Both the position numbers and the translations under genes were made by a program. Below the pieces are notes generated by a model. It made no database searches. It had not been told where the DNA came from and saw only the letters and a program-made list of their open reading frames with translations. A stretch of 64,000 nucleotides of DNA from Acidobacteriota bacterium (lineage in GTDB: Bacteria > Acidobacteriota > UBA6911 > RPQK01 > JADFOI01). The stretch lies in assembly GCA_963663035.1 (NCBI GenBank), contig OY760074.1:3136001-3200000 (forward strand). Direction: 5' to 3'. Below, piece after piece: positions 48,131 to 57,700 of the stretch. Within the stretch, counting starts at the first letter, position 1, and each line of letters begins with the position of its first letter.

Positions 48131-48727
48131 TCAACGCCAAGGGAACTCACGGCGCAGAAGCTCGCGAGGAGCTTGGACCCTCTTCTTTCGGACAATCTCA
48201 TCCGATTTCAGATAATTCAGGAGGAGCTGGCCATCCCGGTACATGACTGCCCGTCCCTGGCGATTTCCATAGCCTGGTGGTTGCTCACCCGGACCGCCCG
48301 GTTGACCCACGATGATCCTGCCCACCATCCCCAGGTACTCGTGGGTGTGGGAATAGTAATCGTAGGTCCCCTCCACCTCAAAGGTCCACTCGAAAGCCCC
48401 ACCAGTTGCACTCATCGTCCTGGAATCGAAGGGCTTCGCTGTCTCGGGAATGCGCAGCTCGTGATTGTCGTTAGAAGGATGGAAGGCCGCCACACCACGT
48501 CTTCCCACACCCGACCACCGCACAGTCTGACCGGCCTCAATGTAGAGACCGGCAGGATCGTAATAATAGAGCCCCCCGTTGTAGCTAAAGAGTGCCAGAA
48601 CGGTCGGCTGCTCAGGGCTCGTCTCCTGTGCTTCGGGTGGAAGCCCTCCCTGACTGAAACTCCCCAGACCCACGACACCGCTGCCAGTTAAGACTAAGAA
48701 ATCTCGCCGGTCGAACCTGGATGACAT
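48131..48727 (-). CDS. Tat-exported cupredoxin-like (halocyanin-like) protein lacking the type-1 Cys
   Basis: RRDFL Tat motif; YDP.GL.I..G.TVRW and F.VEGTYDYYSHTHEYLGMVGRIIV. Start at ATG 48727 after AAGGAG. Confidence 0.78.
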   Translation of the reverse strand: MSSRFDRRDFLVLTGSGVVGLGSFSQGGLPPEAQETSPEQPTVLALFSYNGGLYYYDPAGLYIEAGQTVRWSGVGRRGVAAFHPSNDNHELRIPETAKPFDSRTMSATGGAFEWTFEVEGTYDYYSHTHEYLGMVGRIIVGQPGGPGEQPPGYGNRQGRAVMYRDGQLLLNYLKSDEIVRKKRVQAPRELLRREFPWR

Positions 48728-48767
48728 AGTGCATACTCCTTTCGAATGGACCTTTACTGGAGAGCCT

Positions 48768-48921
48768 CTAGCCGGGATTATGCATAAGTTATCTACTGTA
48801 GTGCCGCAATCATCCACGCTGACTGCGTTGTGCGACCCGCAAGCGGATTACCCCTCGCACGCCTTGTCATCGCGGCGCCAGCGGCACTTCGTCACGAAAA
48901 CCTATGCATAATCCCGGCTAG
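48768..48921. repeat. Dispersed structured repeat, family A copy 3
   Basis: CTAGCCGGGATTATGCATA ... TATGCATAATCCCGGCTAG perfect ends; the right end overlaps the stop of 48918-50357. Confidence 0.92.
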
Positions 48922-50357
48922 CGTCCATCGATGCTGTAGGCGAACACAAAATACTTGTTTTTCGGCTCGGTGGGCAAGCCTCCTTCACCGTTGCTGGTAT
49001 ACAAAGTCCCGTTGGAGATCACAATTCCGCCTCGAGAAGTGCTGGGCAAGGTCGACTGCCAGAGCTCTTTTCCGGTCTCAGCATCGAAGGCTTCCAGGCT
49101 CCCGTCGCCCAGGGACTGGTAGAAAACACCGTTGGCCACGCATACCGGAGATCTGTTCATGCTGTTGTTGTGGCGCCACCAGACAATCTCTCCTGTGTAG
49201 GCATGCAGAGCGGCTGTAACCGATTCAGATAGTCCGAGCGAACGGCTGGTCATCTCGTCTCTGTCATTAATGGCATTGGAAACGACGTAAACCTTGTTGT
49301 ATGCAGCGGCTGTGCTGTTCCACCAGGGACCGCCCTGGGTGGCCCAGTTGGTCAGCATGACCCTCCACAAGAGCTCTCCCGTGTAACGGTCCCAGGTAAA
49401 AAACGCTGTTTTGTTGCCTGCTCCCACGCACTGGCGCCTGGCACCGCGCTTACCCGGGCTCACGGCCTCAAAAATCATGGGATGGCAGGAGAAATCGAGA
49501 TCAAAGGGATCTGTTGCCCGAACCTGATAGTGCCACAACAACTCCCCTGTCTCCAGATCATTGGCGATGATGCTGTCGGTGTAGAGCAGCGGACCCGGAG
49601 GGTTGAATGAACGCGGGTTACCGGTAACATTGTAGACAATATTTTGCTCTTCATCGATGGCTGCAGCGGTCCACACAGAGCCTCCGCCATCTGTACGATC
49701 GGGGACAATGTGAAACCTCCAGCGGATGGCGCCCGTCTCAGCGTCAAGACAGGCTATCTGAGCATTGTTTGCCGAGGTCCCGATAAAAATCCGATCCCCA
49801 TAAATGGTGGGGGAAGATGAGACCGTTGCGCCATCATCGATTTTGGTTTTCCAGATGGTTTGACCGGTCGCCGCATCGACGCAGTGCAGTTCCCCAGCTC
49901 CAGTGCCGAAGTAAATCCTGCCATTGTCGAACTCAGCGGTGGATTTGATATTACGCAAATTCCAGCGAGGCTCCGGTCTTACGCCCGCATCAAATTTCCA
50001 CTTGAGCTCACCCGTCTCGCTGTCCAGGGCGTGGTAGTGGCCGTCCCAGGCTCCGATAAACAAACTGTCTCCCACCACGGTAGGGCTGGTCTGAATGGGT
50101 GCTCCCACCTCATGACTCCACTTGAGCTCGAGACGTCCCACGTTTCCGGCGTTGAGTGTGTTTTCACGCGAGTTAAAGCGGGTGTTGTGCAAATCGTAGG
50201 CAAATCGGGACCAGTCGGCAGGACCGGGTACAGGTTGCCTTCTCCTCTGTGCCCAAGCCGAGGGCCCCAGGGAAGTCAAAGCCAGGCTGGCTCCCATGCC
50301 TCCCACGAATTTTCGTCGAGTCCAGGGTGAGTCACCTTTTCTCTTGGTTGGTACCAT
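48918..50357 (-). CDS. Tat-exported PQQ-type beta-propeller protein
   Basis: RRKF Tat motif; repeated A.D..TG...W tryptophan-docking motifs; D.D and GG.VW motifs. Confidence 0.85.
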   Translation of the reverse strand: MVPTKRKGDSPWTRRKFVGGMGASLALTSLGPSAWAQRRRQPVPGPADWSRFAYDLHNTRFNSRENTLNAGNVGRLELKWSHEVGAPIQTSPTVVGDSLFIGAWDGHYHALDSETGELKWKFDAGVRPEPRWNLRNIKSTAEFDNGRIYFGTGAGELHCVDAATGQTIWKTKIDDGATVSSSPTIYGDRIFIGTSANNAQIACLDAETGAIRWRFHIVPDRTDGGGSVWTAAAIDEEQNIVYNVTGNPRSFNPPGPLLYTDSIIANDLETGELLWHYQVRATDPFDLDFSCHPMIFEAVSPGKRGARRQCVGAGNKTAFFTWDRYTGELLWRVMLTNWATQGGPWWNSTAAAYNKVYVVSNAINDRDEMTSRSLGLSESVTAALHAYTGEIVWWRHNNSMNRSPVCVANGVFYQSLGDGSLEAFDAETGKELWQSTLPSTSRGGIVISNGTLYTSNGEGGLPTEPKNKYFVFAYSIDGR

Positions 50358-52156
50358 TATTGGACTCCTTGGTTCGGATCCTGATTCGGATTGAGGTAGA
50401 CGAACTCACCACCCATCATCGTTCTCAGAACGGGGATATCCTTGATTTCCTCAGGCGGTACCGTGAGAATGTCCCTTCCCAACACCACCAGATCGGCCAG
50501 CTTTCCCGCTTCAATCGAGCCCTTCAGGTCCTCCTCAAAGGTTGAGTAGGCGGGGCTAATGGTGACGGCTCGGATGGCCTCCTCCACACTAATACGCTCC
50601 TCCGGGTTGATGACCTTCCCCGATCTTCTCAGGCGGTTGACCGATGAAAAAATGGTGAAGAGGGGAACCCCGGTGGGGCCTCGACCAGAATCGGAGCCGG
50701 TCATGACGACAATCCCATGGTCCAGGTAAGTCTTCAGAGGATAGGGCCCATAGGCGGGGCGGTCCGTATCTACGTTTTGCTCCTCGTAGTCATCGCTCAT
50801 CCGGTAGAAGCGACTGCTCTGAGGCTCGACAATCACACCATAGCGCTGGAGCACTTCCAGGTTCTTGTCGGTAGGCCATCTGGCGTGGGTAATGACGTGT
50901 CGCACGTCCTCGCGGGGGAATTCAAGGTAGGCTTCCTCCAGCCCTTCGATGGCCAGGTCGTACGATTCTCCCTCACTCACATGAATGTACAGCTGCCAGC
51001 CGGCTCGATGCACCTCTTTGATGACCTTTTTCACGTCCTCGCGAGGGAGCTTGAAGTCGCCCGACGAGTCGTAAATAGAGATCTTGATTTGTCCGAAGTG
51101 CAGTGTCTCGTTTCCAAATCCGGAATCAAAAAGCATGTCGTCAAACCACTCCAGAATCCCATCAGTCGGCCTGTAGACAATGGGCAGGCGCATGATGCAG
51201 TTGACTCGAACCATGAGTTCGCCCCGGCTGCTCAACCGCTGATAGGCCTTCATCCAGTTCTGGTTCTCCCGAACATTGGACATGTTGGTATTGGGATCCC
51301 CGATGGTGGTAATTCCATAAGGGACCACCAGCTCGGAGGCGTGCTGGATGGTTTTAGCCAGAGTCTCGACGCTGTGTCGGACCAGGACGCTGTGGGCAAT
51401 CGAAGCCGCCGCCCGACCCAGAAACACCCCGGTCGGCTCTCCCGAAGCATCCTTGACGATTTCCCCCAACAGACCCTGATCGGAGGGTTGTGGCGTACGG
51501 CGGGTAATGCCCGCCTTTTGCAGGGCCAGGCTGTTGGCAGAAGCGTTGGCACCTGATCCACCGTACTCGAGAAAAACAGGGTGTTGAGGGGAGATGGGAT
51601 CCAGATCCCTCCGATTGGGGTATCGCCCTTCCTCAAGACTACTGGGGGAGCCAGGGCCCAGGAAAAACCAGACTATTTCCCCAGCTGGGGTCTGTTCTAT
51701 TTTCTCCTGGACGACGGCCAGAATCTCACTGATCGATCTGGATGCCCGGTATTTCTGTGTCAACTCGTCCACTACGAATCCCACGGTATGGGCAAAGTGC
51801 ACGTGGGGGTCATTGAATCCGGGTAAGACAGTCGCGCCTTCCAGATCGACGACTTCCGTGCGATCCCCGGCCAGCTCTCTGACACTGCTATTGCTCCCCA
51901 CAGCCAGGAATTTTCCATCCTTAATGGCCACTGCCTCAGCGATGGAAAAGTCCTCATCCACGGTGACAATCTTGGCGTTGAACAAAACGGTATCGGGATG
52001 CAACACCCCCAGATCGGCTCCACAACCCATCAGCATGCACAGCAGCCCCAGTCCCAGGAGACCCCCGGCAAGACGGCTCGGAGAGGCGAGTAGACGTTTC
52101 GATTTTGGAGTCTTGGCGGTTGGGCCGCCACAAAGAGTTGTATTGCTTTCATTCAT
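50357..52156 (-). CDS. Amidohydrolase-3 (YtcJ-like) lipoprotein, paralog 3
   Basis: LMGC lipobox; PGFNDPHVH, GSD and KGSIE.GKLADLVVL motifs. Confidence 0.9.
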   Translation of the reverse strand: MNESNTTLCGGPTAKTPKSKRLLASPSRLAGGLLGLGLLCMLMGCGADLGVLHPDTVLFNAKIVTVDEDFSIAEAVAIKDGKFLAVGSNSSVRELAGDRTEVVDLEGATVLPGFNDPHVHFAHTVGFVVDELTQKYRASRSISEILAVVQEKIEQTPAGEIVWFFLGPGSPSSLEEGRYPNRRDLDPISPQHPVFLEYGGSGANASANSLALQKAGITRRTPQPSDQGLLGEIVKDASGEPTGVFLGRAAASIAHSVLVRHSVETLAKTIQHASELVVPYGITTIGDPNTNMSNVRENQNWMKAYQRLSSRGELMVRVNCIMRLPIVYRPTDGILEWFDDMLFDSGFGNETLHFGQIKISIYDSSGDFKLPREDVKKVIKEVHRAGWQLYIHVSEGESYDLAIEGLEEAYLEFPREDVRHVITHARWPTDKNLEVLQRYGVIVEPQSSRFYRMSDDYEEQNVDTDRPAYGPYPLKTYLDHGIVVMTGSDSGRGPTGVPLFTIFSSVNRLRRSGKVINPEERISVEEAIRAVTISPAYSTFEEDLKGSIEAGKLADLVVLGRDILTVPPEEIKDIPVLRTMMGGEFVYLNPNQDPNQGVQ

Positions 52157-52178
52157 GGCTTTGCCCTTTCCAGTGTCA

Positions 52179-53945
52179 CTAACTGCCTGGTATATCCAGG
52201 ACTGCCCTATAACCGCGGGTGGGGTACCAGTATTCGATCTTCTGGTTGGGATCCGGGTTGGGATTGGTATAGACAAACTCGCCGCCGATCATGGTTCTCA
52301 TGACGGGGATATCTTTAATCTCTAAAGGCGCTACGGTGAGAAGGTCCCGTCCCAGCACCACCAGATCGGCCAGCTTCCCGGGTTCGATCGAACCCTTCAG
52401 GTCCTCCTCAAAAGTCGAGTAGGCGGGCGCGATGGTGACGGCACGAATGGCTTCTTCCAGGGTAATTCGCTCCTCGGGATTGATCACCTTCCCTGATCTC
52501 CTGAGACGGTTGACCGACTCAAAAATAGTGAACATGGGCCCAATGGGATTCTGGTCCGATCCGGTCATGACGGTAATCCCATGGTCCAGATAGGTCCTCA
52601 GGGGAGTGGGTCCATAGGCTGGGCGGTCGGGATCGGCGTTTTGCTCCTCGTAGTCGTCGCTCATTTGGTAGATGGCCCCGGTCTGAGGTTCGACGATGAC
52701 ATCATAGCGCTTGAGCACTTCCAGGGTCTTGTCGGTGGGAAATCTGGCGTGGGTGATGACGTGCCGTACATCCTGGCGTGGAAACTCACTGTAGGCCTCT
52801 TCCAGACCTTCCATGGCCAGATCATAAGATTCTCCGCCGCCCACGTGGATGTACAGCTGCCAACCGGCTCGATGCACAGCCTTGATGACCGTCTTCACGT
52901 CTTCCCGAGGAACCTGGTAGTTGCTTCTCGAATCGTAAATGGAAATCTTGATCTGCCCGAAGCGCAGCCTCTCAGTTCCAAACCCGGGATCAATGAGCAG
53001 GTTGTCCATCCAATCCAGGATCTCATCCAGGGGCCAATAAAGAATCGGCAGACGCATAATGCAGTTGATTCGAACACTCAATTCACCCTGCGTGTTGAGG
53101 CGTTGATAGGCCTGCACCCAGGTCTGATTGTCCCTCACGCTGGACATGTTGGTATTGGGATCCCCCACCGTGGTGATTCCATAGGGGATCACCAACCCGG
53201 CGGCGCGTTTGCTCGTCTCGGTCAGGGTCTGGGTACTGTGCCGAACCAGGACACTGTGGGGAAGCGAAGATGCACCGCGCCCGATAAAGACCCCGGTGGG
53301 CTCTCCAGAAGCATCCTTGATGATTTCACCGATCAGGTTCTTGGTAGAAGGCTGGGGCGTGCGGCGGGTGATCCCGGCTTTCTGCAAAGCCAGGCTGTTG
53401 GCTGAAGAGTTGGCACCTGACCCGCCGAACTCGAGTAAAACCGGGTGCTGGGGAGAAATGGGATCCAGATCCTTCCGATTGGGATAGCGGCCCTCCTCAA
53501 GACTATTGGGAGAGCCCGGACCCAGGAAGAACCAGACCATCTCCCCAGGTGGAGTCTGCTCTATTTTCTCCTGGACCACGGCCAGAATCTCGGTGATCGA
53601 TTGGGAGGTTCGAAATTTCTCGGTCAGTTCGTCCGCCACAAACCCAAGGCTGTGAGCAAAGTGTTCATGGGGGTCGTTGAATCCGGGTAAAACAGTCCTG
53701 CCCTCCAGATCAACCATCTCCGTGCTATCCCCGGCCAGGCTTCTGACACTGTTATTGGTCCCCACCGCCACGAATCTTCCATCTTTAATGGCCACTGCCT
53801 CGGCGATGGAAAAGTCCTGGTCGACGGTGACAATCTTGCCATTGAAAAGGATGGTATCGGGACGCAAGCTCTCCAGATCGGCCCCGCAACTGGTCAGGAG
53901 CCCGAACAACACAAGCCCTAATACGTTCCTTTTTCTCGACCTCAC
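52179..53945 (-). CDS. Amidohydrolase-3 (YtcJ-like) lipoprotein, paralog 2
   Basis: LTSC lipobox; PGFNDPHEH, GSD and KGSIEPGKLAD motifs. Confidence 0.9.
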   Translation of the reverse strand: MRSRKRNVLGLVLFGLLTSCGADLESLRPDTILFNGKIVTVDQDFSIAEAVAIKDGRFVAVGTNNSVRSLAGDSTEMVDLEGRTVLPGFNDPHEHFAHSLGFVADELTEKFRTSQSITEILAVVQEKIEQTPPGEMVWFFLGPGSPNSLEEGRYPNRKDLDPISPQHPVLLEFGGSGANSSANSLALQKAGITRRTPQPSTKNLIGEIIKDASGEPTGVFIGRGASSLPHSVLVRHSTQTLTETSKRAAGLVIPYGITTVGDPNTNMSSVRDNQTWVQAYQRLNTQGELSVRINCIMRLPILYWPLDEILDWMDNLLIDPGFGTERLRFGQIKISIYDSRSNYQVPREDVKTVIKAVHRAGWQLYIHVGGGESYDLAMEGLEEAYSEFPRQDVRHVITHARFPTDKTLEVLKRYDVIVEPQTGAIYQMSDDYEEQNADPDRPAYGPTPLRTYLDHGITVMTGSDQNPIGPMFTIFESVNRLRRSGKVINPEERITLEEAIRAVTIAPAYSTFEEDLKGSIEPGKLADLVVLGRDLLTVAPLEIKDIPVMRTMIGGEFVYTNPNPDPNQKIEYWYPTRGYRAVLDIPGS

Positions 53946-55729
53946 TGTGAGCCCTCGCCAGCAGGCACATCCATGCTCACAAAGCGAGATCGTCCGGGCT
54001 GCCAGTATAGAACCTCCTGGTTGGGATCCTGATCGGGATTGATATAGACGAACTCTCCATCGATCATGGTTCTCAAAATCGGTATGTCCTTGATCTCCAT
54101 GGAAGGCACCGTCAAGATGTCCTTTCCCAGAACGATCAGATCGGCTAGTTTACCCGGCTCGATGGAGCCCTTGATATCCTCCTGAAAGGTGGAGTAAGCC
54201 GGGGTCAGGGTGACTGCCCGGATAGCCTCTTCCACCGTAATTCCCTCCTCGGGCACGATCGGTTTTCCGGATCGGCGCACCCGATTGACAGCCTCGAAAA
54301 CGTGAAACATGGGTCCCACCGGCTGCTGGTCTGAACTGATCATGAGCTTTACACCCCGGTCCAGATAGGTCCGCAAGGGCAGAGGCCCATAGGCTGGTCG
54401 ATCTGGATCCTGAAATGTTTCCTCGGCATCATCCGCATAATTGTAGAGCGATCCCGGCTGGGGATCGACCATAATCCCGCGCCGCACCAGAATCTCCAGG
54501 TTCTCTTCCGTAGGGTTGCGAGCATGGGTGATCAGGTGGCGCTGGGGACCTTCGGGGTAGTCCTGGTACGCTTCGTCGATCGCTTCCAAAGCCACGTCGA
54601 AGGCTTCTCCTCCACCCACATGAACCATCAGCTGCCAACCCGCCCGGTGGATGGCTCGAACGACTTCCTTGACATCATCAGGAACCAGTTTGTACTTCCC
54701 ACCGCTGGAATTGACCACGATCTTGACTTGGCGCATGACCAGAAAGTCGTCCCCAAAACCAGGTGAGTAGGGAAACTGGTTCAAATAGTTCACACATTCC
54801 TGAACCGGGTTCGTCAAGAGCGGAATACGGGGCATGCAATTGACTCGAACGGGGAGCTTCCCTTGGGCAGCAAGCTGTTGATAGGCGCGAATGAAGGGAA
54901 TATTGTCGTTGCTGCTGGAAACCATCGAGTTGGGATCCCCGACAGTGGTAATTCCGTATTTGATTATCTGCTCAGAGGCCCGCAAAATATTCTCCGCCTG
55001 CACCTCGGCTGGATAGAGTTGTAGATTGCCACGAATCAGCGCCTGCCCTGCCCACCCTAAGAACACCCCGGTCGGTTCCCCGGTCCCTGGGTCTTTGACA
55101 ATCTCTCCAAAAAGGCCCATTTCGTAAGGTTGGGGTGTGTTGCGGGTGATCCCGAGGTCTCGCAGCAACTTGGTGTTTACGACCGCGCTGCTGCCCGAGC
55201 CCAAAGAAAGGAGTATGGGACGATCCCGCGAAACCTTGTCCAGATCAAAGCGATTGGGCCGGCGCTTCTCTTCCAGCTGGGAGGGAGAGGGTCCAAAGTC
55301 AAACCATAAGATCTCCTCGGGACCCAGCGTCTCCATTTTCTCTCGCAGCAAATCCAGGACCTCCTCAATGCTGCTTGCACTGCCTAGCCTGGCTTGAAGG
55401 GGATCCGCTTTCTTACCCCAGTTCAGCGTCACATGTCCATGGCCATCGTTAAAACCAGGCAGGACCGTTTTCCCGTCAAGGTCAATGACCTCTGTCTCTC
55501 GACCCGCCAGTGCTCGGATTTCCGAGTCGCTGCCCACCGCCACAAATTTCCCATCGCGGATGGCAACCGCCTCAGCAATGCTAAAGTCGGGATCCACGGT
55601 GACAATTTTGGCGTTCACCAATATCATCTGGGGAGACAGTGCATCCGGTACCGAACCCCCACAGGCCATAGCAAAAACGGTCAGGGAAACACCCAAAAGA
55701 AAAGATTGAATCGAATGATGGTTCATCAC
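53942..55729 (-). CDS. Amidohydrolase-3 (YtcJ-like) lipoprotein, paralog 1
   Basis: AMAC lipobox; PGFNDGHGH, SSD and KGSIEPGKLAD motifs. Confidence 0.9.
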   Translation of the reverse strand: MMNHHSIQSFLLGVSLTVFAMACGGSVPDALSPQMILVNAKIVTVDPDFSIAEAVAIRDGKFVAVGSDSEIRALAGRETEVIDLDGKTVLPGFNDGHGHVTLNWGKKADPLQARLGSASSIEEVLDLLREKMETLGPEEILWFDFGPSPSQLEEKRRPNRFDLDKVSRDRPILLSLGSGSSAVVNTKLLRDLGITRNTPQPYEMGLFGEIVKDPGTGEPTGVFLGWAGQALIRGNLQLYPAEVQAENILRASEQIIKYGITTVGDPNSMVSSSNDNIPFIRAYQQLAAQGKLPVRVNCMPRIPLLTNPVQECVNYLNQFPYSPGFGDDFLVMRQVKIVVNSSGGKYKLVPDDVKEVVRAIHRAGWQLMVHVGGGEAFDVALEAIDEAYQDYPEGPQRHLITHARNPTEENLEILVRRGIMVDPQPGSLYNYADDAEETFQDPDRPAYGPLPLRTYLDRGVKLMISSDQQPVGPMFHVFEAVNRVRRSGKPIVPEEGITVEEAIRAVTLTPAYSTFQEDIKGSIEPGKLADLIVLGKDILTVPSMEIKDIPILRTMIDGEFVYINPDQDPNQEVLYWQPGRSRFVSMDVPAGEGSQ

Positions 55730-55776
55730 TCACCTCACAGAATCATACTCTGCCTGGCCGGGAAGGCCACACAGCT

Positions 55777-55806
55777 CTAGCCGGGACTATGCATAATCCC
55801 GGCTAA
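55777..55806. repeat. Family A ends only (coreless hairpin)
   Basis: CTAGCCGGGACTATGCATAATCCCGGCTA: the two family A termini fused at TATGCATA. Confidence 0.8.
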
Positions 55807-55897
55807 GGTTTCAGTCTGAATACAGGTTGTGGTAATGCTGGCCCCGCTGGGGTTTGATGTCAAGGAAAATGTCAGTACTCTCTTTTGTGCCCATTGA

Positions 55898-56968
55898 TCA
55901 TGGCCCTTTGATCACGGAGGAATCGATCATCTGGCCCACCACTTCCCTCATCAACTTCTTTCTCTCCTGGTAAACGGGAGAGGGCCCGGAGAGATGAGAG
56001 TTCTTTGGATAGGGAAACTTTCCTGCCAAAGAAGAGTAGATTCTTGCCCACATCTCCGGGGTCGTATAGGGAAGGGTGAAGACTGCGCTTTTTGCCCGGT
56101 ACGCTCTCAGTTCCTGAACATTGATCATGGCCGCAGCGTAGGTGACATTGGTATTTGTGATTTCACACATGATCTGTCCCCGGTAATTGACGATCATCCC
56201 TCCTCCACTCACCGACCCAGTCATGGAGGGGTGATCATCGCTGAGATCCAGAAACTTGGGCCCGTTGGAGGGTGCAATGACATAGCAGCTGTTGTTCACG
56301 GCGTGAGCTCGATTCATGATCTCGTTGTACCCGTAACGCCGATGCAGCTCGAACTCACCGCCTCGGTAGATAATCTCGGCGCCGTTCATGGCCAGAGCTC
56401 AGCCCGCCTCAGGAAATTTGCCGTCAAAAGCCAACAACGTACCGATTCTCCCGATGGGAGTGTCGGCCACAGGAAAGAAAGCATCCACGTCATCGCCGAC
56501 CTTTTGGAGCCACTCATCATACACATCGTAAGGGGTAGTCGATCCTTCGGCGATGAAAACCCGGTGCTTTCGATAGCGATGAATAATCTTTCCAGAGGGA
56601 TCGATGATAAAGACGGTATTAAAATACCGGTCCGGGAACAGATCCGGTTCCACAACCTTGGCAGCAGCGATGATGTAGATTCCCCATTGCCTGGCCTTTT
56701 CCGCCAAAACATCCGTTTCCTCTCCGGGAAGGCGTAGCGCCACTTTGCGAACTATTTCGGTGTAGTCCATTCGGCTGTGCTCATCATAAAAGCCCGTGAT
56801 GGCTCCTTCAGGCACTGCCACCAGCTTGGCCGGGTATTCCATCTCAGCGACGTACATGCAACCATCGATTTGTGCACACAGGTTCTTGAGGTTCTTCTTG
56901 GCTTCCTTTCGATCGGCGCATCCGTATACCTTCGGTTGCAGGGCGAAGGCCATATAGGGCTCGCTCAT
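55898..56968 (-). pseudogene. Carbon-nitrogen hydrolase (nitrilase superfamily) with in-frame TGA and Ala at the nucleophile position
   Basis: VPEG (Glu), YRK (Lys) and GRIGTLLAFDGKFPEAG-TGA-ALAMNGAE. The two ORF-track pieces are in one frame, separated by TGA 56399-56401. Confidence 0.8.
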
Positions 56969-57117
56969 CGTCTCCTCCCTTCAAGAGATTTCATGGTATT
57001 CCTGGGACGAGACACTAGCAGTTGCCCCACGAACTTGACAGCCCATGCCGCGGGAATGTGAAATACTGCACTGTGGAAAATCAGGCATCACTTTAAAACC
57101 GATCAACAGGAGAAGCT

Positions 57118-57678
57118 ATGGCTCTACTTCCCCACCCAGACCTGGACGAACTCGAACCGGAGGCTCGGAAAGTCATTGATCAGTTCACAGCTGAACATGG
57201 GCGTCCCACTCCGCTGTACTCACTCATGGGACACTTCCCCCCTCTTCTGACAGTTGCCGCCTCTGCCTACAGTTCCTTGATGACCAAGGGGAAACTGGGC
57301 CGCAGATTCAAAGAGCTGTTGTTTGTGGCTACCTCCCAGGTTCGGGACTGCTTCTACTGAGTGGGAGGGCACTCCCGATTCCTCGTGAAGGAATACAAGA
57401 TGGATCAGGAGGATGTCAGGTTGCTTCGTGAGGGTAAGGAGGCTCCCGGCGCAGACGAGAAACTGCTGGCCCTCATCCGATTTGGCCGGAAGGTAGCCGC
57501 TGACCCCGCCCAGATCACTGACCAGGACATCCGAGAACTCAAGGAGCACGGGCTCGATAACAGCGAAATTGTGGAGGCCCTCTCGGTTGTGATGCTCTCG
57601 GCCCTCACCAACACCTTTGCCAGCGCCTTAAATATAGAGGAAGATGTAGAGTCCGCGGTGCGGCGAGAGTACTTCTAA
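57118..57678 (+). CDS. AhpD/CMD-family selenoprotein (CxxU), 186 aa
   Basis: KELLFVATSQVRDCFY-TGA-VGGHSRFL; TGA 57358-57360 is in frame and occupies the second Cys of the AhpD CxxC..H motif. The C-terminal half (ALIRFGRKV..P..ITD.D...L...G....EIVEA) continues the fold. Confidence 0.85.
57378..57394 (+). promoter_or_regulatory. Candidate bacterial SECIS hairpin
   Basis: AUUCCU-CGUGA-AGGAAU; the loop has G in position 2 and starts 23 nt after the UGA. An alternative GGGAG-GGCA-CUCCC hairpin lies closer. Confidence 0.45.
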
Positions 57679-57700
57679 AAGAGAAGGAAGGGAGAAACGA

